A stretch of DNA of 64,000 nt from Octopus bimaculoides (lineage: Eukaryota). The stretch lies in assembly GCF_001194135.2 (NCBI RefSeq), contig NC_068984.1, forward strand, positions 115,800,730 to 115,864,729, written 5' to 3'. Both the position numbers and the translations under genes were made by a program. Below are positions 1 to 14,131 of this stretch, piece by piece. Below the pieces are notes generated by a model, which did no database searches, was not told the origin of the DNA, and saw only the letters and a list, made by a program, of their open reading frames with translations. Position 1 is the first letter of the stretch, and each line of letters begins with the position of its first letter.

Positions 1-792
1 ATATATATATATATATACGTACATGTCGAACAATAAAAATGAGTGCTAAGCACCGCATTGGTGGATAACAATTCTTTATTTGTCTATTAAGGCTACCATT
101 GATTTCATGAAAATATCGTAAAATCTTAATCTTTCAAGCCGATCACATGGAGGAATGGTGTTCGTCTCCATTTTGGATTAAAACACGAAAATTGACGAGA
201 TTTCACGATGAAGTGTCATAAACAAAACAAAAAATCAAGTGGTGCGACGCTTGGATGACATCTTTTGAATGATTATCTCCCTTGGGTATGACTTCTGAAG
301 AAAACTGTCTTATATAATGAATTCGTTTATATTATATTACATTAGGGTTTCATCCTAATGCTTACAATATCCTCTAGATGTAATACAGAGCGGACATCTG
401 GTACCCCATCGCCTGTATTTTCTGATTCTAGCAATAATGACCCATGTTATCTGGGTGTAGCTAACTACTTCTTTATATATATTATACTAAAAGTCTAAGG
501 GATGTTTGGTTGCCCCCTTTATTATAGCTGAAACAATCTATTATACATTACAGTTTGTTTCATATCAAGCTTTTTAATGATATATTTTCGTGTATTTTAT
601 GAAGTCTATAGTTTTGCAAATATTTGGATATTATTTTTCGGACAAATTTATTTGCAAGAACTGTGATGGTGGATAGCACACACATCCAGACTGTCTCTCT
701 CTCTTTCACACACACATAGAACACACACACATATAAACACATACACACATTGTCATTCTCACGTAGACTCTCTTTATCTCACACACACACAT

Positions 793-828
<36 letters not shown>

Positions 829-1376
829 ACAGTATCCGTTTATATTGTTGATATGCTGCATGACCAAGGGTTTTTTTTTTACGATCTTCATTTGCTTTGA
901 CTTCAAAGATAATATGCATATCGTAAATATATTGTTAATATTTACAGTTCAATTTATTATTTTGACACTTTTTTATCAAGTCTAGAATTCTTGGAAATAT
1001 TCAAATGGAATTTTATACATACAATTCGTTTCAATATTTATTTATTCAATAAACTTTTTAACACACACTGTCTCTCTCTTTCACACATACAACACACACA
1101 TACACACGCACAAACACTCACACACAGCACACACTGTTTCTCTCATAATCATACTCACATACACATAGAGCATATACACATCCTCACACACACACACTCA
1201 TACACACAGTACACACATAAAACACACACAATACACACATACAACACACACAGTACACTCACACAGTAGACACATACAACACACAGTACACTCACACAGT
1301 ACACACACGCACATATACACGCACACTGTCTCTCTCATACACGCATACAGCTCACATAATCTCTCAAACACATACA

Positions 1377-1426
<50 letters not shown>

Positions 1427-1799
1427 TCCGTCTCTCTCATACTTACATAGATACAGCATTTGAAGTAGATTATTTATCATGTCATGTTACAAACTCCTTT
1501 GCTTACAGTTCAAGTTTTCATTATTCATAATTCCTTCTTTCGACTTCCATCACTTTGTTGGTTTGTTTTTGACTTTTCTAATGCATTGTTATATAGAGAA
1601 ATACACATTTATCAATTATCCTATTTGGAAAGGGAAGAAGTCAAGAGATGATGTGAAACGGTATCGGGAAGTGGCAATGGTAAGGAGACAATAAAAAACA
1701 CCTGCGATGACAACAGCAGAGTTAGGAAATAAAGGGGAAAAGGAGACAATGAGGACGAGAGAGGAATACACGGGCCCAGGATGCGAGACAAAGCATAGC

Positions 1800-1937
1800 A
1801 GAAACTTAGATCCTCTAAGGCTTTGCAATAGAACACGGTTGACCGTACAAGAAAAGCACAAGAATCTAATCATAGCAAAGTCCAATGTTGGTGCATTAAA
1901 AAAAATAATACCGACATGAATCCTAGAATTGCTTTGA
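1800..1937 (+). pseudogene. Helitron PIF1-like helicase fragment
   Basis: Translates RNLDPLRLCNRTRLTVQEKHKNLIIAK, then frameshifted NPRIAL; matches the Helitron helicase segment RNLDPPxLCNGTRLxV...IPRIxL. Confidence 0.7.
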
Positions 1938-2071
1938 AATTTTGGCACTGGGCCAGCAATATCAGTGGAGGGGTATGTCGATTACATCGACCTCAATACT
2001 CAACTGGTACTTATTTTATCAATCCCGTAAGTATAAAAGGCAAAGTGGAGCTCAGCGGAATTTGAACGCAG
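1938..2071 (-). mobile_element. SINE family A fragment (tRNA head plus Meta/MESC-like core)
   Basis: Reverse complement of the GTTCAAATTCCGC..GACTTTGCCTTT..CGAT..AAGTACCAG unit repeated across the window. Confidence 0.75.
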
Positions 2072-2487
2072 CATGATTCTTATAATCAAGCTTAATTGAT
2101 GAAGATGTATCTGTCCTACGGACCAAATACCCAGTTCAGTGATGTTTTAGAATGACTATACATACAGCACCGAGGCAGACTATGTAGAGTATCTTAATTT
2201 ATTTTGAGAAACCTGTATTTCAGCATGGCCAGCTGTATGTAGCTTTAAACTGGGGAGTAATGAATAAAAATTTTAGAAGGAAGACAGTTCTACCAGAAAT
2301 GTTGCCATAAAAAGCGCTCTCCTTTAAACAACCAAGAATTATAGTTACTTTTCTACTTTAATGCGGAAAGCATTATCAGTACCATACAGACAATGCATTT
2401 ATATTCACAAGTTTCTTCATGCATTTAACAGCTAACTATTATTTGGATAATTCCCATTTAAGAAGTCCAGAAGTTTGATTAAACACA

Positions 2488-2536
<49 letters not shown>

Positions 2537-2613
2537 AANNNNNNNNNNNNNNNNNNNNNNNNNNNNNNNNNNNNNNNNNNNNNNNNNNNNNNNNNNNNNN
2601 NNNNNNNNNNNNN

Positions 2614-2677
<64 letters not shown>

Positions 2678-3246
2678 GGGGGTGTTAGAAGTATACTAAA
2701 TTTCAAAATGGAAGTGAAGAGTAAATAAGACGAAGGAACGCAGTGAAAATGTTGTAATTGTTAACACGCTGCTTGCTGTTTGACAAAAGAAAATACTGAA
2801 TGCGTCTTTATCCAGTTTACCGCACAATATTTAACCTTCAGAAAGCAAGTCCACACGTATAATGAAGGATATAATTACTTAGAGGTGTCTATACTGAGCC
2901 ATATGAAACTTAGCGTTATTCTCATAAACGCAGTGCAATGTGGTAGAAGAACACGAAGATTCCAGTCTTTCAGTCGATTGGTTAGATTCTAACTACTTAA
3001 CCAAGCAGAGAAATGTTAACGTATTTAATATAACGAGCGTGATAGCTTTAAGTAATCGAGTATTATTGTTTAATTTTATAGACAAATTTGCGTTATGTAG
3101 TTTTAATGTCGCTTTAGAAATGGCCAAGTGAATTCACTTATTGTTGGCAGCTCAAACGTGATAACAACAAGCAGAAATATAAGCAGAATATCTTATTTAA
3201 AAAAAGGTGAATCATAACCTCGTACATAACCTGCATATATTGATTT

Positions 3247-3452
3247 CAAATTTTGGCCCAATACCAGCAACTTCGGGGAAAGTGTGAGTCAATTACATCG
3301 ACCCAGGGCTCAACTGGTATTTATTTTATCGACCCTGAAAGGATGAAAAGCAAAGCCGACCTCGGCGGAATTTGAACTCAGAACGTAAAGACAGACTAAA
3401 TGCCGCTAAGCGCTTTGCCCCGCGTTCTAACGATTCTACTCGCTAGCTGCCT
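3247..3452 (-). mobile_element. SINE family A, near full length
   Basis: A-box-like head and GAGTTCAAATTCC B-box on the minus strand, plus the shared core. Confidence 0.85.
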
Positions 3453-3726
3453 TTCTTTCCTCTTTTATATTAAGGTAAATCTTATTAATGCCAATTGTAG
3501 ATAAAAGAAAATCTATAGAAATTAGTAATATATGACAGTACTAATTCAGTTAAGGAATATGAGGTATGCAAAGATGCATATAGGGGATCAGTTGAGCTGT
3601 GAGCTAAGAAATTACTCCGTGTGTTGAACTCAAAACTCCAAGATAAAAGTATCGCAATGAATTAAAACTACTTTGTGGTCTTCGGTGTTGTCCTTAAATT
3701 AGAGATAATGATCCTACTCTACTCTG

Positions 3727-4100
3727 AACGTTCTCAGTTCAAATTCCGCCAAGGTCGACTTTGCCTTTCATCCTTTAGCGATCGATAAAATAAACACCAG
3801 TTGAACACTGGAGTCGATGTAATCGACCAAGCCACTCCTCATAAATAGCTGGCCTTGCACCAAAATCTAAAACCAATATTTGTCTCTGTGAAGTGGGTGA
3901 GCTGGCAAAATCGTTAGCACGCCAGGCAAATTGCTTAGCGGCATTGCCTCCGTCTTTGCGTTTTGAGTTCAAATCCTGCATGGGGCCGACTTTACTTTTC
4001 ATCTTTGCGAGATCGATGAAGCAAGTACCAGTTTATCATTGGAGTCGATCTAATTGATTTACCCCTTCCCCTAAAACTGCTGGCCGTGTGCCAAAATATT
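3727..4100 (+). mobile_element. Two tandem SINE family A copies (3727-3873 5'-truncated; 3895-4100)
   Basis: Both carry GTTCAAAT, the core and a GGCC(T/G)TG tail; inverted relative to the 3247-3452 copy. Confidence 0.8.
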
Positions 4101-4349
4101 TGTTTCTGTAAGTTAAGTACAGTGATCTCAGATTTTATGAGCTGATATCATTTCGTCGACATTAAATTACACGAGTTATTGCTTTAAATGTTACAGGTAT
4201 TTTAGAATGTATAGGTAGTTTTATATTCCACTGAACTAAAAACAGCTTCTACGATGGATTAATAATTAAATCCACCAAGACAGAACATAACAATAAGCAA
4301 TGCTAAAGTATTAGTTTCTACTTAACCTGGACACAGCAACACGAATCAA

Positions 4350-4890
4350 AAATTGGGTGAAAGTGCAGAAACTGAACAGTTCCGAAGGAGAAGAACTGCA
4401 ATGAACATTCTTTTTTAAAAAAAAAATTAGCTTATATTTTGCTCCTAGGTATGAAGAGTATTGTCCAGTTTGTTTAATTTGTAACGAATATTTGGTGAAT
4501 TAAGTATAAAAACCAATTAAATTTAAAAGACATCATGATACGAGACGAGACACCGTGTTTGATTACTGAAAGTTTCAGTACTAGAACAATTTTTTGAAAA
4601 CCATTCTCTGATTCACGACAAATACTTAATGATATCATGCGAAGCCTCACACTTAATTACAAAAGCTAAGAAGCCAAACACAATTGGCGAAGAACTTATG
4701 TTGCCAGCGGCATATAAGAATCACAGAAATTATTCTAACAAAGATCGATACAGAGGTAATAAGAAAAATTTCATTGTTAAATGACACGGTGTATGAAAGA
4801 ATTGTAGAATTAGCAATAACCAATTTGTGCAACTTATTTAAAGAATTAAAAGAACTACTAAAGACAGGATACATTTGGATGTTTTGAAGA
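4350..4890 (+). pseudogene. hAT Buster/Charlie-type transposase relic (ZBED5/ZBED8-like)
   Basis: Frameshifted translation ASHLITKAKKPNTIGEELMLPAA / IRITEII..ISLLNDTVYERIVELA matches the Buster motif IAKxxKPHTIGExLIxPA..LSNDTVxRRI. Confidence 0.8.
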
Positions 4891-5231
4891 ACATTACGCA
4901 TGTTTCTCAACTCTTGGTATAGTTCTCAGGTATTCGTACAAAATTTGTGCAGGAGGACTTACAACATTGTCCAGCATTGGACGGATATACAAAAGGTGAA
5001 AATGCTTTTTCCTCATCGGGTACCATCTTTCGTATGTCTGCAATGGAATAATTCAGTTGGTGCATGTATCTATGATGCAGCAACAATGATATAAACATAG
5101 ACATTGAAGTTAAAATTAAATCTGTCGGCTGAAATCTGTGAAGGATTCATTGAGAGGTATTAAGGGCTAAAAATATTTCTTCACCGTTAAATGCGGTAAA
5201 ACTGTAATAAGACATCTTTTATCCTTATCTA

Positions 5232-5550
5232 TTACGTGTTTCTGTCGTTGGCCTACGGCTATGCTAGAGCACCACCATGGAGGGCTTTACTCCAACAAAT
5301 CGTTTTTTAGTCTTGTGCTTATTTTATGATTTTGTTTTCACCGCTAAGTCATAGAGGTGTAAACAATCCAACATTTGTAGTCAAGAGGCGGACAAACACA
5401 GGTATAAAAACACGAACACACACAGTTTCTGTCATCCGAGTTCACAACCTACTATATCCCGGAGCTATAGTAGGTGACACTTATCCAAAGTACCGCACAG
5501 TGGGACTGAACTTGCAACCACGTGGCTGCAAAGTGATTTTGCCCATGAAA
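5232..5550 (-). mobile_element. Degenerate CORE-type SINE family B copy
   Basis: Diverged matches to CCGCTAAGT, GCTATAGTAG..GACACTT..CCAA and CAGTGGGACTGAAC of the intact B copies. Confidence 0.65.
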
Positions 5551-5699
5551 CAATTTGCATTTCAATTCCAGTAGACAGATCATAATCGAATATTTTATAT
5601 GTATGGAAATACATTTGCCCATCTTCGCCTAATGTTCTTGTGAGTGTCATGAGGTTACAATCTTCAAGTACTTCCTCAATAGGGTCCTACCGGAAGTAA

Positions 5700-6200
5700 C
5701 GGTCATTACACTTTCCTGCTGGATTACCAAGCGTGATTAACTGAGACTATGCATATTTTCCAACTGACTCGTTCTTGGTCTACTTCTAGGTTTCCTGCCA
5801 GCTGGCTCAGCTCGCCTTGAAGAATCCGTCTTGGCTTTCTTGGGATATTTTAATAACATGTCTGCAGTATCGGTGCAGTGACCTCTATATGTAGCGGCTT
5901 GACCTTGAGAGGCTTCCTGATCTCCTAGTTGCTCATCCTGCCCAGTAACGTTTCTCCAAAGATCCTTCGGAGAAATTCTGTTCACACCGCTTGTTTTCGC
6001 GATCGTTCTCTTTTGGTTCTTACCCAACATAGTCGGTTTTAAAGTATATTGGTCCCAAATCACATTCATTGCAGCAACCTATAAGGTAAGATATCTGTCT
6101 TTTAAGGCTGAAGTAGAATTTTCAGAGCTGTTGTGCAATTCAAGTCTCAGACTTGAATTTTCAAAATGAAATTTCATAATTAGTAGACTGAATGTAAAAA
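5700..6200 (-). pseudogene. RTE-like LINE ORF C-terminal relic
   Basis: Minus ORF 5737-6069 has RISPKDLW..TGQ..GH..PAGRKPRSRPRT, resembling the RTE C-terminus (GH..P.G.RPRGRP). Confidence 0.5.
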
Positions 6201-7951
6201 CGAGAATTTGCAATACTACGTGAACTAACAATAGCAACTTTTCTTTGCCAATTCCTTACACATATTTATATAAATCTATATTTTCACTTTAAAATTAATA
6301 TGGAATAAATATCGCTCAAATATTAGCCCATTAATGCATAGTGATTCCCCAAATATGATAACTAGTACATCTTACAATTAAATTGATTACATAGATATAA
6401 AGTCATTTCTAAATAGATACACACATGTAACAGTATTTAGTGTTTATTTACTGGATTAGGATGAAGGAATAGTGCTTATGAACATCGCAAGCACTCCTAC
6501 CACAGACAATGGTGAGATTGGTACCATTGATATTTCATTTCAGCCATTACAAATCAACAACTGCGAGAAAAAACATGAGCAAGGAGGAATTTCCAAGGGG
6601 TCTATGTCCGGAAACAGAAGGATAAAGAGTAGTGATTCTTGCAGCCCTTAAGCGGGTGAATAAAACAAAAGTGATGAGAGAGAGAGAGAGAAACGAGTGG
6701 GTCAAGCATTCTTGAATGGAGGTCGAATTTTATCTATCCGGTTTCAACAAGGTGGCTGGCTTGCATGATTTCCGCACAAGGCTGGGGTAGATCAGAAATT
6801 ATAGAAGAAATCTGCGGAAAGTGCTGTTCACTGGGATCGAATTCAAGACCATATTATTACGAAACAAACGTCTTAATCATTTAGTCTTTTCTGCGCCACA
6901 ATAGTCGTGTATTCCTATTCACAAGTACACTGATCGATATTCAGAAATACCAAAACTTACATATTCCCTTAAATGCAAAATTGATGTTGGATTAAATGAA
7001 CGTTAATTAGGGCATTCATTATGTTATATTGTTCTCTTGCTAATTTAATTACTGTAATTATAGATACCATTAGCTAGTGTTGTCTTTCTTGTACGGGCTG
7101 GAATATACTCAGAGATTCTCAGAGAACTTCCTATTTCCTTTCTGTTTTTCTGAAGAGTCGGCTTAAATTATTTATCACCCACTGGAACAAGATACTTTAT
7201 GTTAAATGTCGACAGTGTAAATGCAATTAGTGAATCTCTATTTATTTCGGTCGGTCGTTTATTTAAAGTTTGGCAAAGACTGTAAAAATTTCACTAAAAT
7301 TTTACCGCTATGTTTATTAATTGTCTTCAGAAGCCAACAGGAAAACCATGAAAGTTAAAAGTTGTGAAAATAAATGAACGGAATCATATGAAAGAGTATT
7401 ATCGAACGGCAATGATCAAAGATAGTTAAAAACTTCAGAAGAAGGTTTAACATCTTGGCAATATTTTAATGGAAAAAATTGGCGCCAACTGAACTGGTAC
7501 AGAAACGATTACGTTCACCAAAATGTCTTGTCATTAGAATAACACTTTTATCTATTTTATGATGTTATATAATAATATGATCTTATCAAAGTCGACACTA
7601 GTCTGATTGTAAATTGTAAATATAAGACCGAATGAAATTAATAAAAAAAGTATTGTTAAATTTGGTTATTTAGGCTCCCGATTAGTTGTTAAGGTTTAAA
7701 ACTCTTATAGACAATCTCGGAGTTGTATTTGCCTGGTAACTTACAATGGAACTATGTCAGTGATCAGGTAGCAGATAGTGTATCGAAAAGGTTGTCTCCA
7801 AGTAAAAAATGATTGATTGAAGCTAAAAGTTTGTGCAAGTTAAAAATACAGTTCTATATTTAAGAGATGAGGGATTATGTACAATATTTACATTATTTAG
7901 TGTCTTGGGGAAATTTCGAACATGGGTTCATATTCCTAAGGTGTTTTTCGA

Positions 7952-7953
<2 letters not shown>

Positions 7954-7993
<40 letters not shown>

Positions 7994-8108
7994 CGCTGCC
8001 TGGAAGCGAACTCGGAATCTTGGGGTTAGTAGCCCACACTCTTAACCACTACGCCATACGCTCACGGGCTACTAACCCCAAGATTCTGAGTTCGATTCCA
8101 GGCAGTGA

Positions 8109-8162
<54 letters not shown>
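7954..8162. repeat. Fold-back of a tRNA-like short element flanked by (TTA)n/(TAA)n
   Basis: Arms 7989-8035 and 8066-8112: 47 bp with 4 mismatches, 30-nt spacer, extended by complementary triplet repeats. Confidence 0.9.
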
Positions 8163-8164
<2 letters not shown>

Positions 8165-8211
8165 TCGAAAATTACCTTAGGAATGAGATCCCAAGTTCGA
8201 GATTTCCCTAA

Positions 8212-8257
8212 GATACCTGATGAAGGCTGGAGGGTGTATCAGCTGAAGCGTTGTGTT
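8212..8257 (+). ncRNA. Degenerate minimal hammerhead ribozyme motif (Penelope pLTR type)
   Basis: GATAC-CTGATGA-a-GGCTG..CAGCT-GAAG(for GAAA)-CGTT-GTGTT; stems I and II can pair, GAAA core mutated. Confidence 0.55.
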
Positions 8258-11200
8258 AACAACAAGATGAGGACAAATATCCGTCAAATGTAAATAATGT
8301 AAATAAAGTTAAAAGTGTTTGAATGGCTAAAAATGTGTCCACCACGATGTAATTGTTCTTATAAACAAATTTACTTTCATATGATACCACACTTCTGGCA
8401 GAAATATTGATAGTCGGTATCCTGCTTTTGAATTGCATTGAGTTTATATGGAGAACAATCTGCATTTGCCGACTCACCACATTAAGATGTAAATTTAATC
8501 TGTGTCAATACAACTTCTATTTCTTTCAAAAGGGTAGCTGAGAAAATGATGAGACCCAAAAGACAGCACATACGTATGACATATATAAAGTTCTTACAGT
8601 CAACTTACTTATATGATTAGAATTTAGAATAAATATTTTAGCATTCTTTTTTCTCCTAGGAAATTCTTATAACACTTAAAGCAATATATAATAAATTTTC
8701 TCATTTGTTTATAGCTTGCTTCAAATAAATCACGGGTGTTTACAGGAAGGATTTATCCATTTTATGCGGCAGTTAAGACGAACCTCAGTATCTTGGTTGA
8801 ACATTTTTCAATAAAGTAGAAACATTGAACACCAGAGAAAAGCGAACAGGCAGCTCACATTGTAAGATACAAGAATTCATTGACAAACATAATTCAACTA
8901 TCATCAGAGACCATTAATAATTTCCAATTTCAATATTTCATTTGTGTGAATTTCCTAAATCATTACGGAATCACACCATTTGAATTTTATTATCCCGTGT
9001 AATAGTGTAATACGCCCAGTGAAAACCGGCCATGTTAAGTAATCTTGCTAAAAGTGATACTTGTGAAATGATTTCAACATCGCAACCTATGTAAGCAATT
9101 GCCAGTTATGTAGCCAACTGCCTTAAGTAACAATCTATAATCAGCGATCACTACAGAGTATGTATCGTTGCAGGTGTACCCTATAGTGATAGCTAGTTAT
9201 AGGTTAGTTACTGAGCCATTTGAAAATTAAACGTCTGACTATGAATATAATGTATATACCAAGACAAAGGAAACAAGCACAGGATGCAAAATATAAAACT
9301 TCAATTCTGCTATATTATCTTCTCCGCTAGTACTAGTTCTCACCTGTCTACCGAGATATCCAGGTCACAATTTATTTATGTTGCGTAGTATTATTGAATT
9401 TTTGATGGCAGCATTATACATGCACGCTGCATGAAATTGAATGAGATAAAATATTGACGGCTAACGTTATCTGAACAAACTAGTCTGCAGTTATAAAATA
9501 CGCCGTTTTGCTAAATATACTTTACTGGCAATCTATACAATACGAATCAAATGTTTTATTTGTATTAAATTTATACTGAAATTGGTTTTAATTTCCGTTT
9601 TAACTGGTTTCTTTTTCATCACTAAAGTGTTAATGACTTTAAAATACACCTGACTATAGCAATTTTTCTTTTCCTTCCCATCACATTTGTAAGGCTATTA
9701 TATAAATTTGAAATTTTTATTTAACGTCAATCAAAGGAGAAATTATTACATATTTGGCATATGCAAATTAAGTGGAATAATATTTCTCCACATCACACCA
9801 ATAGAAAGTTGCATTCTTTAAAGAAATCTAATGGCTAAAACGCAAAAAAGAATAAACAAAGGAACAGCTAAAAAAATTAAGATTATGATTTGAATCCCAA
9901 TCTGAGGCAGGAAAATACCTATTTTCCGAAGAAATGCAGACATAATTGAAGATTTCATCTAATAAATGTCACAGAATATTTAAATGTCGAGTTGTCTGTT
10001 TGCATTACTAATAAGAAAAACACAGTGTTTTCAGTATGTTAACTATGGAACCGTCGTACACTTAAGAAGAGTATGAGACTAATTAATATTCTTGTCTAAT
10101 ATATATTCTCTATCTCTGTTTTCAGTATTTATTGATTTTGTTCTTAGTAAGTTTTCATTTGGCTACAATCAAATTAATTGGAGAAAATCCATAAATTTCT
10201 TTTGTTTTTGTTTATGTCAAGAATAGAAAATATTGATTTTTAATGTTCCTCTTGGCTAACTGATCAGACTCTATTTTAAGATCGTGTAGTTTTTACTAAG
10301 ATATAAGTAGTAAAGTAAGTTTATATTTGGTTTGACTAAGAAAAGATGTGAAGTTGAAAGAGAAGCATTTTCAGTTACTATAAAGAGAAACTAACACAAC
10401 TTAAAAATATCAAGGCTTTGTGCTGTGTGTTTTACAAAAGTCACAGATCGTTGCAGAATAAATATTACTTTCAATGCAACACCGAAGTCTATTGAATGGG
10501 ATTACTAGAAATAACGTCACAGATGCATTAATGTTTGCACAGGAATTAATAAAATAGTTATATTTAGGTTGTAATTTTTGTGGCGATGTTCGGATGGCTC
10601 TATGGAATGTAAAAAGAGGAAATTTGGCGAATTCACTTATGGATTTTACAGATATCCCAAGATGTTGCGAAACAATGAATACAATGTTTCTCGATGTCGT
10701 GTGTTGTACGAGACCGCCTGTATTTTAGGGGACAAGGAAATAAAGTGTAATGGATATTAAGTCAATAGGAGTGTACTGAACTTTTCTTTCTATAGTTAAA
10801 CATCATTTGAAATCAAGTAGATGCTTGCAGAAGTAGGTTTGATCCAAAATTAACAGAGACAAAAACCGGTTGTAATGAAACAAGAACTGTCTCACACTAA
10901 GAAGTTTCCAAAAAAGAAAAAAAATAATAACGTTTTTGCTTTTCATTACCATATAAGGATTGATATAAGGCAACCAGTAGGCAGCGTCGAATGGATTGCT
11001 TTGTGGTAGGAGTTACGGCCCTCTGCATTCTGGGTTCGAATTCCATTATGTTCAGCTTTGCTTCTAATCGTCTTAGTAACAATAAACGATGTACAAGTTA
11101 TGAACTAAAGGCGATTCCCCCACCACTGTCTCTCGTGCTCTTTCTTTCCAGCTTGATTCTCTGGCTCCTCCCTGGAAGAAATCAGCTATGGTTAAACCTA

Positions 11201-11589
11201 GAGAAAGATGGATACCACCAAATCTCTAAGCGCCTAAGATATTGTACTTTACAACGGTACCNNNNNNNNNNNNNNNNNNNNNNNNNNNNNNNNNNNNNNN
11301 NNNNNNNNNNNNNNNNNNNNNNNNNNNNNNNNNNNNNNNNNNNNNNNNNNNNNNNNNNNNNNNNNNNNNNNNNNNNNNNNNNNNNNNNNNNNNNNNNNNN
11401 NNNNNNNNNNNNNNNNNNNNNNNNNNNNNNNNNNNNNNNNNNNNNNNNNNNNNNNNNNNNNNNNNNNNNNNNNNNNNNNNNNNNNNNNNNNNNNAAATAT
11501 AATTTTATTTAAAAAATTAATTAAAATTTTTTCAAATTATAAACAATAGAACAAAATTATAAACACATTATAAACAACAGTTACATTAA

Positions 11590-12672
11590 ATTTCTATAAA
11601 TTAATGAGAACCTTGTCCCTGTACATTTTTGATTAATTTCTCAATATCAGGTGCATAATTTGTGACTTTTAGCTTCACGGAACCTTCCGAATGTTGAATT
11701 GTCAGACAACTTCTTTGTGGACTAAAAACAGATTTCATATATGAAAAAAATTGTTCGCATGTATATGTTGAGCCAAAAGGCTGAAAGCAGAGCGTATGAG
11801 ATTTTCTTCAAAGAATTGAATCTTTCAATCAATGACATCCAGCAACTGAAGATGGCAACTGACTTCTCCAAGCAGCTTCTAAGAGTTTTTCGTAATTCCA
11901 CAAATTTTCTTTTCCACAATTCTGAAGTTGTTAATTCAATCATTTCCATTTCAAAACTATCGATGTGCATCCACTCAAAAAGTGATAGATCAAATGGGTT
12001 CGTTTTCAAATCAATCAAATCGGGTTTGATGAGAAAAGAAAATATAGGTGCGTAAGTTTCGATATCTTTACCTCGTTGGAAAATTCTTCTTTCAACATTG
12101 CAATATATTTTTGAAGTCCATTCTTATTAACATTAAATAGATTCGAATATGGCTTTACTTTTGGAAAGTATTTGTAAGTGTTGCTAAGTATATCACATAA
12201 AAAAATCTAATTTTAACAAACCATGATACAAATCTCTTCAAAACATTACACCGACTAAGCGAACGGACATTACTGTGTAGTGGGAGGTCGGCATATTCTG
12301 TCCAATTCTTGCAGAAGGTACTTAGAGTGTCTGTGAGTCGGTGAACAGCGAGAAACTATGAAGTTAACTATTTTATCAACAGTCTCCATGATGAAATTTG
12401 TGACGAAAGTTTGGCAAATAAATTTTCCTGATGTATAATGCAATTAAAACTCATTACATTGCATCCAATATGATTTTCAAGAAGCTTAACAAATCCTTTT
12501 TCCTTTCCTTTTTGACTTTTGATGTTTGTTTGCCTTTGAAAACCCTTCTCACTACCGCTTTTCCTTTCCATTTAATATAAAACTGGTCTCAAAATGAGAC
12601 AGTAATTTTAAATAGATGACCAACAAAGTAGGATCCCATTTTAAAGAGTGTCTTTATTTAGACTGGCCACTG
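11590..12672 (-). pseudogene. hAT (SPIN/GTF2IRD2/EPM2AIP1-like) transposase relic
   Basis: KEKGFVKLLENHIGCNVMSFNCIIHQENL (hAT CxxH region), SELWKRKFVELR, LKKISYALLSAF and C-terminal QGQGSH; several frameshifts; other end probably in the N-gap. Confidence 0.85.
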
Positions 12673-12877
12673 TAAGGTGGTTAACTAATTTTAACATATA
12701 ATGAGCTGCACAGCTAAATATACACGTGATTTAAAAAAGAATAGGCGTTTGCGGCTCTAGCTCATGGTTTAAATAATAAAGTACATATAAATGCTTTTAG
12801 CACCAGCTTACAAACAACAAGTTAATTGTGCTAAGATTTATAATTTGGTGTCGTCAAAATTATTTGTGTTCAGTACT

Positions 12878-13270
12878 CTCTTTTCTCTTTTACTCTTTTA
12901 CTTGTTTCAGCACCGCCTTTAGTCGAGCAAATCGACCCCAGGACTTATTTTTTGTAAGCGTAGTACTTATTCTATCGGTCTTTTTGCCGAACCGCTAAGT
13001 TACGGGGACGTAAACACACCACCATCGGTTGTCAAGCGATGTTGGGGGGACAAACACAGACACACAAACATACACACACACACCTATATATATATATATA
13101 CATATACGACGGACTTCTTTCAGTTTCCGTCTACCATATCCACTCACAAGGCTTTGGTCGGCCCGAGGCTATAGTAGACGACACTTGCCCAAGGTGCCAC
13201 GCAGTGGGACTGAACCCAGAACCATGTGGCTGGTAAGCAAACTACTTACCACACAGCCACTCCTGCGCCT
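12878..13270 (-). mobile_element. CORE-type tRNA SINE family B, near full length
   Basis: Minus strand: tRNA-like head (TGGCTGTGTGGTAAG..GGTTCAGTCCC), CORE-like CCTTGGGCAAGTGTC, internal TA/TG microsatellite, AAAAGAG-repeat tail. Confidence 0.9.
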
Positions 13271-13876
13271 ATGTAGTACTATATTTTTAAGGAAGTGTAA
13301 TACTACCAAATACAGCTAACTTCAGATAGTTTAGGTTAGAATAGGTGAATCATACAAAAAGACATGTAACGATGTAATTTAATTATCATGATATCACTTC
13401 CTGAAATATAGTTATAAACAAAACTTTACATGCATGCGCACCATAGGTTTCCGACGCCTGAATGATATACATAAATATAGGAAGCGGGCAAGAGCGTCAG
13501 AATCCATCATTCACTAAATGCCTTATATCAGAGAAGGTTTCAAACACTGAAAGTGTAGCAAAGCCAACGGTGGTGCTCCATCATGGCTGCAGTTTTCGAG
13601 CTAAACTAACTAAAGAGTTAAGGAGTTGAAAGAGTTATACATTGCAAAGCAAGACCCGATTATTATTGATGTAGTTTAATATAAATATGTGAGCGTCTTT
13701 CAACGGCTAACTTCATTCAAACTGGACTGGGAAGATTTGAATGGTGTGGGTGACATAAAAATAACTGTTGTGGAGATTCTACCACATAGTCAAGTGCTAT
13801 CTTTGAACAAGGGCCACAGATTTTCTTTAGAATAAGATAGATATGTAAAATGTTCCATTTTTTATTAAGCGTTTTC

Positions 13877-13925
13877 ACACACACACACACACACATACAT
13901 ATGTGTATACATATGTCTGTACGTT

Positions 13926-13981
<56 letters not shown>

Positions 13982-14041
13982 CACACACTCACACACACAC
14001 ATGTATATATGTGTATTTACATATAGTTATATATATGTCTG

Positions 14042-14122
<81 letters not shown>
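13877..14122. repeat. Compound microsatellite (CA)n/(TA)n/(TCTA)n
   Basis: Directly visible tandem repeats. Confidence 0.95.
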
Positions 14123-14131
14123 ACTTATATA

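Noticed and set aside
125-450. RRLDDIF (RT YxDD-like) on +, or SVAPLDF (Tc1-like) on -
   Set aside because: Single short motifs with no supporting flanking similarity
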